Shown: positions 20,165 through 28,856 of the stretch, piece after piece
How the letters are laid out: the number at the start of each line of letters is the position of its first letter
Position numbering within the stretch: position 1 is the stretch's first letter
Origin: an uncultured Cytophagia bacterium
GTDB lineage: Bacteria; Zhuqueibacterota; Zhuqueibacteria; Oceanimicrobiales; Oceanimicrobiaceae
Direction of reading: 5' to 3'
Assembly: GCA_964539665.1 (NCBI GenBank)
Contig: CAZIKB010000020.1
Coordinates: forward strand, 526-64,525
DNA: 64,000 nt
Made by a program: the position numbers and the translations under genes
The notes under the pieces: generated by a model
Databases searched by the model: none
The model's input: the letters and a program-made list of their open reading frames with translations, nothing else
What the model was told of the DNA's origin: nothing

Positions 20165-20558
20165 ATGAAAAGTAACCTTTCCGTACAAATTTCAAGATTG
20201 CTGATTATAGGTCTCGCCCTATTGCTGTTGTCCACATTCATTTCCTGCATGGATGATCTTGTTGCACCTAGACTCGATCAGGAGGACAAGGATAAAAATA
20301 AAGACGACGAAGAGCCGGACATAGAGCCGGATCCACCTGCCATGAGCAGCCAAAGATTAAGATTGTCTGCATTTTTGGTATAGGTTCAAACCGATAATAA
20401 ATCCTGAGAAGTCTATCAAATGGTATGAGGAAGCCGGATATTTTTGGGCCGAGCTTCCTCAGTCTAAATCAGTACAGACAGACTTTACACTATTGTCAAA
20501 TTTACAAACATCACTCAAATTTTCTAAAAGTATGGCAGTAGGTTCAACTGAGGCTTAA
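20165..20558 (+). pseudogene. degraded remnant of a fourth CRTAC1-like paralog (lipoprotein signal + acidic linker, frameshift, conserved N-terminal block, premature stop)
   Basis: ORF 20165-20383 has a strong SD (aaggagat) and encodes a signal peptide with Cys plus a D/E-rich linker. In another frame (20361-20558) the sequence reads ...SIKWYEEAGYFWAELPQ..., matching ISWHEENGFRWAEFS, LKWNDEEGYKWAELS and SIKWHEEPEYRWAELP of paralogs 1-3, and then terminates. Confidence 0.5.
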
Positions 20559-20590
20559 AACTCCTCGATCAGAAACCGATCGGAGACAGA

Positions 20591-23500
20591 ATGATTAAGA
20601 AGATTTCGTTAACCAGCAGATTGGTATTGGCCCTGTTTATTCTCACTCAGAGCTGCGCCACTGACAACACGCTTAAATGGAATGATGAAGAAGGATATAA
20701 ATGGGCAGAGCTTTCAGTACCATATTTTGGGGGTACTGGCTTCAAGCAACTCTCAGAATCTGAAACAGGAATCACTTTTACCAATAATCTTACCAAGCAT
20801 CAACTTGACAGCAATCAAGTTATACTGAATGGATCCGGCGTGGCTGTGGGAGATGTAGACGGCGATGGATTAGCCGACCTGTATTTTTGTCGACTTAATG
20901 GTTCCAATGTTCTTTACAAAAACCTTGGTAACTGGAAATTCGAAGATGTCACCGATTTTGCCGGTGTTGGCTGCCCTAAGCAATTTTCTACTGGAACGGC
21001 CTTCGCTGATCTCGATGGCGACGCTGATCTTGATCTCCTGGTAACAGCCATAGGGGGCCCGAATGCTTGTTTTCTCAATGATGGCACAGGCAAATTCACA
21101 GATGTTACAGATGCTGCTGGTATTTCTTCGCAGACTGGCGCCTCAACCATGGCTTTGGCCGATATCGATGGAGACGATGATTTAGATTTATATATTGCGA
21201 ATTACAAGCGGATCCGAGCAAAAGACATCTTTCTGCCTGGTGAATTAACCTTTGAAAGCCTTGTAGAGCAAATTGGAGATTCCTATCGCATTGCTGCCAA
21301 ATATCAAGAACACTATATACTGGATCTTGCAGGTGGATGGATCTTGTGGTTCGAGACGGGTGAGCCTGACATGCTATTTCTGAATGATGGTAAAGGGCGT
21401 TTCGCAAAAGTATCATTCACTGACGGCAGATTTCTAAATGAGGATGGAGAGCCAGTATCAGAGCTAAAAGATTGGGGGTTGACTGCCAGATTTCAGGATA
21501 TAGATGATGATGGCGATCCAGATATCTATGTTTGTAACGATTTTGAAAGCCCCGACCGTATTTGGATCAATGACGGAAAGGGGTATTTTCAGGCAATACC
21601 CAAATTAGCCATTCGCAACACCAGCAATTCAGCTATGGCGGTTGATTTTTCGGATATTGACAGAGACGGAGATTTGGATTTTTTAGTTACAGATATGTTG
21701 AGTCTGCATCATAGATTCCGTATGACACAGAAGCCTACTATGGTTCCATTGCCACATGCAATTGGTGCGATAGACAATCGGCCGCAACACATGCGCAATA
21801 CGCTTTTTCTTAACCGAGGCGATAAAACTTATGCCGAAATTGCACAATATAGCGGCGTTCAGGCCTCAGACTGGTCGTGGTCGCCATTATTTATGGACGT
21901 TGATCTTGATGGATACGAAGACATATTGATTGCTACTGGCCACTATTATGACGCCCTGGATTATGATACGATTAGAAAAGCCAAGAAACGTGAGAAGTTT
22001 GATGTAATGATGCCAAATAATCCGGAAGTTCGCTCGGACACGGATAAGCTAAATACTATTTTTTTATATCCGAGATTAGCATTACCGAACATTGCCTTTC
22101 GTAATCGCGGTGATCTTACATTTGAAGAAGTAGGAAAGAAATGGGGATTCACCTCCGTCGATATCAGCCATGGGATGGCCCTGGGCGACCTGGATAATGA
22201 CGGTGATCTGGATGTGGTTATGAACAGATTGGAAGATACGGCTGCCATATACACCAATGAATCGGCCGCCGCAAGAATCGCGGTGCGTCTGCGAGGGCTT
22301 CCACCAAACACCCAGGGAATTGGGGCAAAGATCCAGGTTCTGGGCGGACCGGTACCACAAAGCAAGGAAGTCATTTGCGCCGGCGCCTATCTATCGAGCT
22401 CTGATGCCACGTATGCATTTGCCGCATCTGACGCTAAAAGCCTTACCATTGAAGTTAAATGGCGGAATGGAAATATCAGTACAATCAATGATGCGAAACC
22501 TAACCGCATTTATCAAATCTATGAACCCGAGATTCATTTAGCCGACAACTCAGAGGCCAGTTCAGACTCAAACCCTCAACCGTTTTTTGAAGATGTAAGC
22601 CATTTAATCAAACACAAGCATCACGAAGATACATTTGATGATTTCAAAGGCCAACCCCTGTTGCCAAAGCGAATCAGCCAGTTAGGCCCGGGCGTCTCCT
22701 GGAACGATCTGGATGGCGATGGTGATGATGATCTTGTCATCGGCAGCGGCAAAGGTGGTCAACTTGCCTGTTTTAAAAATGATGGTGAAGCTGGATTTCG
22801 CCAGATTAAAAATCCCGTGTTTACAGCCAAAACACAGTTTGAGCAAACCACCGTACTTGGGTTCACAAACGAAGACGGGTCGACCTCTTTGCTGGTCGGG
22901 AGCTCCAATTATGAAAACCCTGATACAAATGATTCATTTGTTTCGCGCTATGATTTCAACCGTAACCAGGCAATTACAACCGCCCAGATATCGGGGGACA
23001 AATCGAGCATAGGTCCAATGTCTATGGCGGATTATGACGGTGATGGAGACCTGGATCTCTTCGTCGGAGGCAGGAGCCTGCCTGCGCATTACCCTGAACC
23101 TGCTTCTTCAAGATTATACAGTAACGATGGGGGTAACTTCGTGCTTGATTCATTGAATACCGAACAGTTTGAAAAACTTGGTCTGGTATCGGGAGCGGTA
23201 TTTAGTGATTTTGATGGAGATGGAGATCCGGATATTATTTTAGCGGTCGAGTGGGGCCCTGTTATGGTTTTTCGTAATATTGGGGGCCGTTTCAGCGATG
23301 CAACGCAAGAGTTAGGATTAAGTGGGTATAATGGTTGGTGGCAGGGTGTAACGACAGGTGACCTTAACGAGGATGGTAAACTGGATATTATCGTGACCAA
23401 TTGGGGGTTAAACAGCAAATATCAGCATCGTTATGATGATGAGCATCCGTTGCAGATTTTCTATAGTGATTTTGATAATAATGGCACTCTGGACATTGTG

Positions 23501-24352
23501 GAAGCTTACTTTGACAGTGAGACGCAAAGACTGGTCCCTGAGCGTAGTCGTATTTGGATGCTCCGAGCTATGCCTAATATCATGATGTGGATGTTTGACA
23601 ATAATAAGTATAGCCGCTCGAGTGTTCATGAGGTCATCGGTTCTAAACTTAAGAAAGCTGGCAAGTTACAGGCAAATAAACTTGCGCATACGGTATTCTT
23701 TAATCGTGGTGACCGATTTGAAGCAGTTGAAATGCCTCGGGAGGCACAATTTTCACCGGCGTTCTATGTTGGTGTAGCGGACTTTGATGGTGACGGGCAT
23801 GACGATGTTTTCATGAGTCAGAATTTTTTTGCTTTGCAGGTTGAGACACCTCGCTCTGATGCAGGTCGGGGGCTTTGGTTGAAAGGCGACGGCAGAGGCA
23901 ATTTGGCAGCGATACCAGGACAGGAGTCAGGTATTAAGGTGTACGGTGAGCAGCGCGGTGCCGGGCTGAGTGATTATGACCGCGATGGTCGGGTTGATCT
24001 GGTTGTATCCCAGAATGCTGCATCGACAAAACTCTATCACAATGTGGGTGCAAAACCAGGTATACGCATTCGATTATCTGGACCTGAAGCCAATCCATTT
24101 GCAGTTGGAGCAACAATTCGGTTAGGTTATGAAGATGGGTATGGTCCTGCTCGCGAGGTTCAGTCAGGTTCCGGATACTGGTCGCAAAATTCGATGGTGC
24201 AGGTCATGGGAGTTCGGGATAAAGTGAAGGGAGTCTGGGTGCGCTGGCCTGGTGGTCATGTGACCGAATCAGAACTCCCTGATGATACTCATGAAATCAC
24301 CATTAACCTGAATGGAGACATTAAAGAACCGCGGGAGTCACAAGTAAACTAA
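20591..24352 (+). CDS. CRTAC1-family double-module protein, paralog 2 (1253 aa, lipoprotein signal LTQSC)
   Basis: Same architecture as 16406-20125, with ~70-80% local nucleotide identity in conserved blocks. Confidence 0.85.
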   Translation: MIKKISLTSRLVLALFILTQSCATDNTLKWNDEEGYKWAELSVPYFGGTGFKQLSESETGITFTNNLTKHQLDSNQVILNGSGVAVGDVDGDGLADLYFCRLNGSNVLYKNLGNWKFEDVTDFAGVGCPKQFSTGTAFADLDGDADLDLLVTAIGGPNACFLNDGTGKFTDVTDAAGISSQTGASTMALADIDGDDDLDLYIANYKRIRAKDIFLPGELTFESLVEQIGDSYRIAAKYQEHYILDLAGGWILWFETGEPDMLFLNDGKGRFAKVSFTDGRFLNEDGEPVSELKDWGLTARFQDIDDDGDPDIYVCNDFESPDRIWINDGKGYFQAIPKLAIRNTSNSAMAVDFSDIDRDGDLDFLVTDMLSLHHRFRMTQKPTMVPLPHAIGAIDNRPQHMRNTLFLNRGDKTYAEIAQYSGVQASDWSWSPLFMDVDLDGYEDILIATGHYYDALDYDTIRKAKKREKFDVMMPNNPEVRSDTDKLNTIFLYPRLALPNIAFRNRGDLTFEEVGKKWGFTSVDISHGMALGDLDNDGDLDVVMNRLEDTAAIYTNESAAARIAVRLRGLPPNTQGIGAKIQVLGGPVPQSKEVICAGAYLSSSDATYAFAASDAKSLTIEVKWRNGNISTINDAKPNRIYQIYEPEIHLADNSEASSDSNPQPFFEDVSHLIKHKHHEDTFDDFKGQPLLPKRISQLGPGVSWNDLDGDGDDDLVIGSGKGGQLACFKNDGEAGFRQIKNPVFTAKTQFEQTTVLGFTNEDGSTSLLVGSSNYENPDTNDSFVSRYDFNRNQAITTAQISGDKSSIGPMSMADYDGDGDLDLFVGGRSLPAHYPEPASSRLYSNDGGNFVLDSLNTEQFEKLGLVSGAVFSDFDGDGDPDIILAVEWGPVMVFRNIGGRFSDATQELGLSGYNGWWQGVTTGDLNEDGKLDIIVTNWGLNSKYQHRYDDEHPLQIFYSDFDNNGTLDIVEAYFDSETQRLVPERSRIWMLRAMPNIMMWMFDNNKYSRSSVHEVIGSKLKKAGKLQANKLAHTVFFNRGDRFEAVEMPREAQFSPAFYVGVADFDGDGHDDVFMSQNFFALQVETPRSDAGRGLWLKGDGRGNLAAIPGQESGIKVYGEQRGAGLSDYDRDGRVDLVVSQNAASTKLYHNVGAKPGIRIRLSGPEANPFAVGATIRLGYEDGYGPAREVQSGSGYWSQNSMVQVMGVRDKVKGVWVRWPGGHVTESELPDDTHEITINLNGDIKEPRESQVN

Positions 24353-24968
24353 TCGTCAATTGAAAAGAAGAAACCTGGCGTGGAGCGAGGCAGTAAATTC
24401 TTATGACGTTTTTCTTCTCGCAGTTTTCGTAGTGCTGTAATTAAGACAGTTTAGTCTTTCTATTATCAATAAGGAGAGTTGAAGTATGACCTGATGACGA
24501 TTCCCGAAGCTGGTTTCATCGTCATTGGGCTATTACTTAAAAATAAAATTCACTCTACGTTTCGGCCGTTAAAGTAGAAGTGACAAATAAATTTGCGCTA
24601 TATTTGAATTGCGTCGCCCTCCTCAACATGTGTACTGGATTTCTATGATGTAAAGTACTGCTAAACAAATCCACCGGATAAGATTTTGCTCAAGTTCAAA
24701 TTCAGTCCCACCGGAATCTGGATTCGGGAGTAGAATTTCCAGGGCCTCCCACAGCACGCCAACTGACGAGCCCTATTGATCTAAGCAATTCCAACATCTA
24801 TGTGAAACGTTTTAGCTTCATTTTACGGGACCTAATAGCAGATAATTATGATTATTAATCTTGATTTTTAAAGCATTTATTGTTATTTTTAATTTAAATT
24901 TGGAACTGCAATGTGTTTTGGATTTGTAAATCAAAGTGTGATATTTCTGGAGTTAGAGTATCTAATCT

Positions 24969-27900
24969 ATGATTAAAGGCAACAATAAGAATATTATTAT
25001 AAAGACCGGTTTTATAGCGAGCGTCCTGATAGCGGCTTATCTGGTAATTCAATATTGGCCCGGACATTCCATCAAATGGCACGAAGAACCTGAATACCGC
25101 TGGGCAGAACTTCCTTCTCCTGAGTTTGGTAAACCTGGCTTTGAATTATTGCCGACTTCAGAAACGGGAATCACTTTTACTAACAGTCTGACGCCGGATC
25201 AAATCGGAGACAATCAGTTTCTGCTGGGCGGCTCTGGTGTGGCCACCGGCGACATTGACGGCGATGGGCTGACAGATGTATATTTTAGCTGTCTTGACGG
25301 CTCGAATGTCCTGTATAAGAATTTAGGCAATTGGAAGTTCAGAGATATAACCAGGCAAGCGGGGGTCGCGTGCTCCAATCGTTTTTCAACTGGGACTACG
25401 TTTGCGGACATTGACGGTGATTATGATCTGGATCTATTAGTTACATCTCTGGGTGGGGCCAACGCATGCTTCCTAAACGATGGTTCCGGAAATTTTACCG
25501 AAGTTACCGATTCGGCAGGCCTCAAATCGAACAACGGAAGCACTTCAATGGCGCTGGCTGATATTGATGGAGATGGTGACCTTGACCTTTACATGACAAA
25601 TTTTAAGAAGACGTCTGTCGAAAACATTTATTCTCCTCGTGAAAGAGAACACGGTCGTGTTGCCAGGAAGGTTGGCAGCACCTACGAGATCCTGCCTCAG
25701 TTTAAAGAACATTATAGAATTGAGATGATTTGTGACCAGCCCTTTCTATATGAAAATGCTGAGCCCGATTTTCTATATTTAAATGATGGCAAAGGGCATT
25801 TCAATCTGGCTTCCTTCACCGATGGCCGATTTCTCGATGAAGAGGGGAATCCTGTATCGGAGCAAAAAGATTGGGGACTAATGCCCAGATTGCAGGACAT
25901 GGACAATGACGGAGATCCGGATATTTATGTTTGTAATGACTACTGGAGCCCTGATCGAATCTGGATGAACGATGGCACAGGGCATTTCCAGGCTATAAGT
26001 AAGACTGCAATTCGCCACACCAGCAAGTTTACCATGGCAATGGATTTTTCTGACATCGACAGGGATGGAGACCTTGATTTTTTTCTTATAGATATGTTAG
26101 CTCAGGATCATCCACGGCGTATGCAGCAGATGGGTACTAACACAGCATTGCCAACTGCAATTGGGCAATTCGACAACAGGCCGCAGATAAAGCGCAATAC
26201 TCTGTTCTTAAATCGCGGCGATCGTACATATGCCGAGATTGCTCATTTTAGCGGTGTGCACGCTACTGAGTGGACATGGTCTGTCCGGTTTTTTGATGTT
26301 GATCTTGATGGATATGAAGATATAATTGCGACAAACGGCCAGACGCATGACTTTGAGGACACCGATACCAACGATCGCGTTCAAAGGCTCTCAGTGTATG
26401 GATATGATCGTCGCAAGCTCACATCATTATTTCCCAGTTACCTGACATCTAACATAGCTTTTCGAAATAACGGAGATTTGACCTTTGAAAATGTTAGTGC
26501 GGAATGGGGATTTACCGTACCTGATATGTCCTGGGGTATGGCGTTCGCGGATTTTGATAATGATGGAGATTTGGATATTGCCACGAACAGACTCGATGCA
26601 TCAGCAGGCATTTACCGCAATGAAACAGCCGCTCCACGGATTGCTGTGCGCCTGAAAGGACTTCCAGCAAATACTCAGGGTATTGGTGCAAAAATTCGAG
26701 TTTTGGGCGGACCCGTACCACAGGATAAAGAACTTATTTGCGGTGGAACCTATCTTTCTGGTTCAGATCCAATGGTCACCTTTGCTGCGGATACTACTGA
26801 AAATAGTCTAACGATAGAAGTCGTTTGGCGAAGCGGAAAAATTAGTCGAATAAATAATGTAATACCAAATCGAATCTATGAAATATTTGAGACAGATACC
26901 GGGACAGAAATTCTTTCAAAGTCTGATTCCTCAGTTACAACGAACCATTTCTTTGAGGATGTAAGTTACCTTATCAATCATAAGCACCACGAGGACGTTT
27001 TTGATGACTTTAAACGACAACCCTTGTTACCAAATCGACTAAGCCAGGCAGGTCCGGGTTTAGCCTGGCACGATATCGACGGCGATGGTTATGACGATTT
27101 ATTTATTGCCAGCGGAAAAGGTGGACAACTCGCCTGTTATCTCAATAACAGGAAGCAAGGATTTTCTCGAATGCAGGGCGGGTCTTTAGCTGAAAATTTA
27201 AAATTTGAACAAGGCTCCATAGTAGGTTGGGCAAAACAAGATGGTTCAGCATCCATTTTAGTTGGTTGTTCAAATTATGAGAATTTACCAACCGGTAATG
27301 CTTTTGTTATGCGCTACGATTTTAAGAATGGGGCTGTTGAGAAATCAAATTCAATATCAGGAGACACATCCAGTACAGGCCCAATTTGCGTAGCCGATTA
27401 CGACGGAGATGGAGATTTGGATTTATTTGTGGGCGGGCGAACTATACCAGGTTACTATCCCCAGCCAGCGTCTTCAAGATTGTATAGAAATGAAAAAGGC
27501 ACATTCAGGATTGATAAAACTAATTCAGAACAATTCAAAAAAATGGGGATGGTTTCGGGGGCGGTTTTTAGTGACATCGATGGAGATGGGGATCCAGATC
27601 TGATACTGGCTGTGGAATGGGGCACTGTGATGGTTTTTCGTAACAACAATGGAAATTTTACCGATGCCACAAATGCTCTGGGATTAGATGAATATAAAGG
27701 CAGGTGGAATGGAGTGACCACCGGTGATCTAAATGAAGATGGCAAGCTGGATATTATCGCGACAAATTGGGGAGTTAATAACGAACACACCGCCAGTAAT
27801 GAAAATCCATTACGAATCTATTATGACGATTTCGACGGCAATGGTACCCTGGACATTATTGAAGCACACTTTGACCAGGATGTGAACAAACTTGTTCCGG

Positions 27901-28685
27901 AACGTGGACTGAATCCATTGTCCCAGGCAATCCCCTATATCCGTTCCCGAACGCCAACTTACAAACAATTTGGCGAAGCTGGTGTTGAGGAAATCATTGG
28001 GAAATCTTTGACTCAAATACCAGGGCTATTTGCCACTACACTGGAGCATTTGATTTTTTTAAATCGTGATAATGGATTTGAAGCTGTTGCATTTCCTGTT
28101 GAGGCACAATTTGCACCGGCCTTTTATGCGGGAGTCGCCGACTTTGACGGCGATGGTCATGATGATGTGTTTATCAGTCAAAATTTCTTTGCTACTCATT
28201 TGATGAAGCCACGCTCAGACGCCGGCCGTGGTCTATGGCTGAAAGGCGATGGTACTGGTAATTTGCAACCAGTTCCTGGTCAAAAGTCTGGTGTCAACAT
28301 CTATGGCGATCAACGCGGTGCAGCCTTAGGCGATTATGATTGCGACGGCCGTGTGGATCTGGTCGTTTCACAAAACGGCAACGCAACTGTGCTTTACAGA
28401 AACGTTGGCGCGAAAAAAGGCCTGCGTATTCGATTAGCAGGTCCAAAGGGTAATCCGGCAGGAGTTGGTGCAACCATCCGAATACATTATGAGGACAGGT
28501 ATGGTCCGGCTCGTGAAGTTCATTCAGGATCAGGATACTGGTCTCAGGACTCTTTAGTACAAATCATGGGAGTACAGGATAATCCGAAGGGCGTTTGGGT
28601 GCGTTGGCCGGGGGGGGAAATTAGCAATGTAGATATTCCTGAAGGAGCATCTGAGCTTACTATAAATTTCAATAGTAAAAAATGA
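24969..28685 (+). CDS. CRTAC1-family double-module protein, paralog 3 (1238 aa)
   Basis: Same architecture: FG-GAP motifs, two ASPIC/UnbV segments and the conserved N-terminal SIKWHEEPEYRWAELP block. Confidence 0.85.
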   Translation: MIKGNNKNIIIKTGFIASVLIAAYLVIQYWPGHSIKWHEEPEYRWAELPSPEFGKPGFELLPTSETGITFTNSLTPDQIGDNQFLLGGSGVATGDIDGDGLTDVYFSCLDGSNVLYKNLGNWKFRDITRQAGVACSNRFSTGTTFADIDGDYDLDLLVTSLGGANACFLNDGSGNFTEVTDSAGLKSNNGSTSMALADIDGDGDLDLYMTNFKKTSVENIYSPREREHGRVARKVGSTYEILPQFKEHYRIEMICDQPFLYENAEPDFLYLNDGKGHFNLASFTDGRFLDEEGNPVSEQKDWGLMPRLQDMDNDGDPDIYVCNDYWSPDRIWMNDGTGHFQAISKTAIRHTSKFTMAMDFSDIDRDGDLDFFLIDMLAQDHPRRMQQMGTNTALPTAIGQFDNRPQIKRNTLFLNRGDRTYAEIAHFSGVHATEWTWSVRFFDVDLDGYEDIIATNGQTHDFEDTDTNDRVQRLSVYGYDRRKLTSLFPSYLTSNIAFRNNGDLTFENVSAEWGFTVPDMSWGMAFADFDNDGDLDIATNRLDASAGIYRNETAAPRIAVRLKGLPANTQGIGAKIRVLGGPVPQDKELICGGTYLSGSDPMVTFAADTTENSLTIEVVWRSGKISRINNVIPNRIYEIFETDTGTEILSKSDSSVTTNHFFEDVSYLINHKHHEDVFDDFKRQPLLPNRLSQAGPGLAWHDIDGDGYDDLFIASGKGGQLACYLNNRKQGFSRMQGGSLAENLKFEQGSIVGWAKQDGSASILVGCSNYENLPTGNAFVMRYDFKNGAVEKSNSISGDTSSTGPICVADYDGDGDLDLFVGGRTIPGYYPQPASSRLYRNEKGTFRIDKTNSEQFKKMGMVSGAVFSDIDGDGDPDLILAVEWGTVMVFRNNNGNFTDATNALGLDEYKGRWNGVTTGDLNEDGKLDIIATNWGVNNEHTASNENPLRIYYDDFDGNGTLDIIEAHFDQDVNKLVPERGLNPLSQAIPYIRSRTPTYKQFGEAGVEEIIGKSLTQIPGLFATTLEHLIFLNRDNGFEAVAFPVEAQFAPAFYAGVADFDGDGHDDVFISQNFFATHLMKPRSDAGRGLWLKGDGTGNLQPVPGQKSGVNIYGDQRGAALGDYDCDGRVDLVVSQNGNATVLYRNVGAKKGLRIRLAGPKGNPAGVGATIRIHYEDRYGPAREVHSGSGYWSQDSLVQIMGVQDNPKGVWVRWPGGEISNVDIPEGASELTINFNSKK

Positions 28686-28856
28686 TTTATCGAAAAATCT
28701 AATTACTTTACATAAAACTGAGTTCACAAATACGTTAAAAAATCAACTAAATTCTCAACCCCTTTATTCAAATTTACTGTACTTAAAATCAGTCATTTTG
28801 AAAATGGGTAAATTTGGTTCAAATAAAGTCAGGTTGAATTAATATATATTAGGAGA

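Noticed and set aside
20165-20383. Stand-alone 72-aa acidic lipoprotein gene
   Set aside because: The downstream out-of-frame continuation matches the conserved paralog N-terminus, so this is better explained as the 5' piece of a disrupted CRTAC1 paralog.
16406-28685. Possibility that the repeated ~3.7-kb units represent a CRISPR-like array or an assembly duplication
   Set aside because: The units are full-length protein-coding paralogs with ~70-80% identity in blocks and divergent spacers of 466 and 616 bp. They are not short direct repeats with unique spacers.
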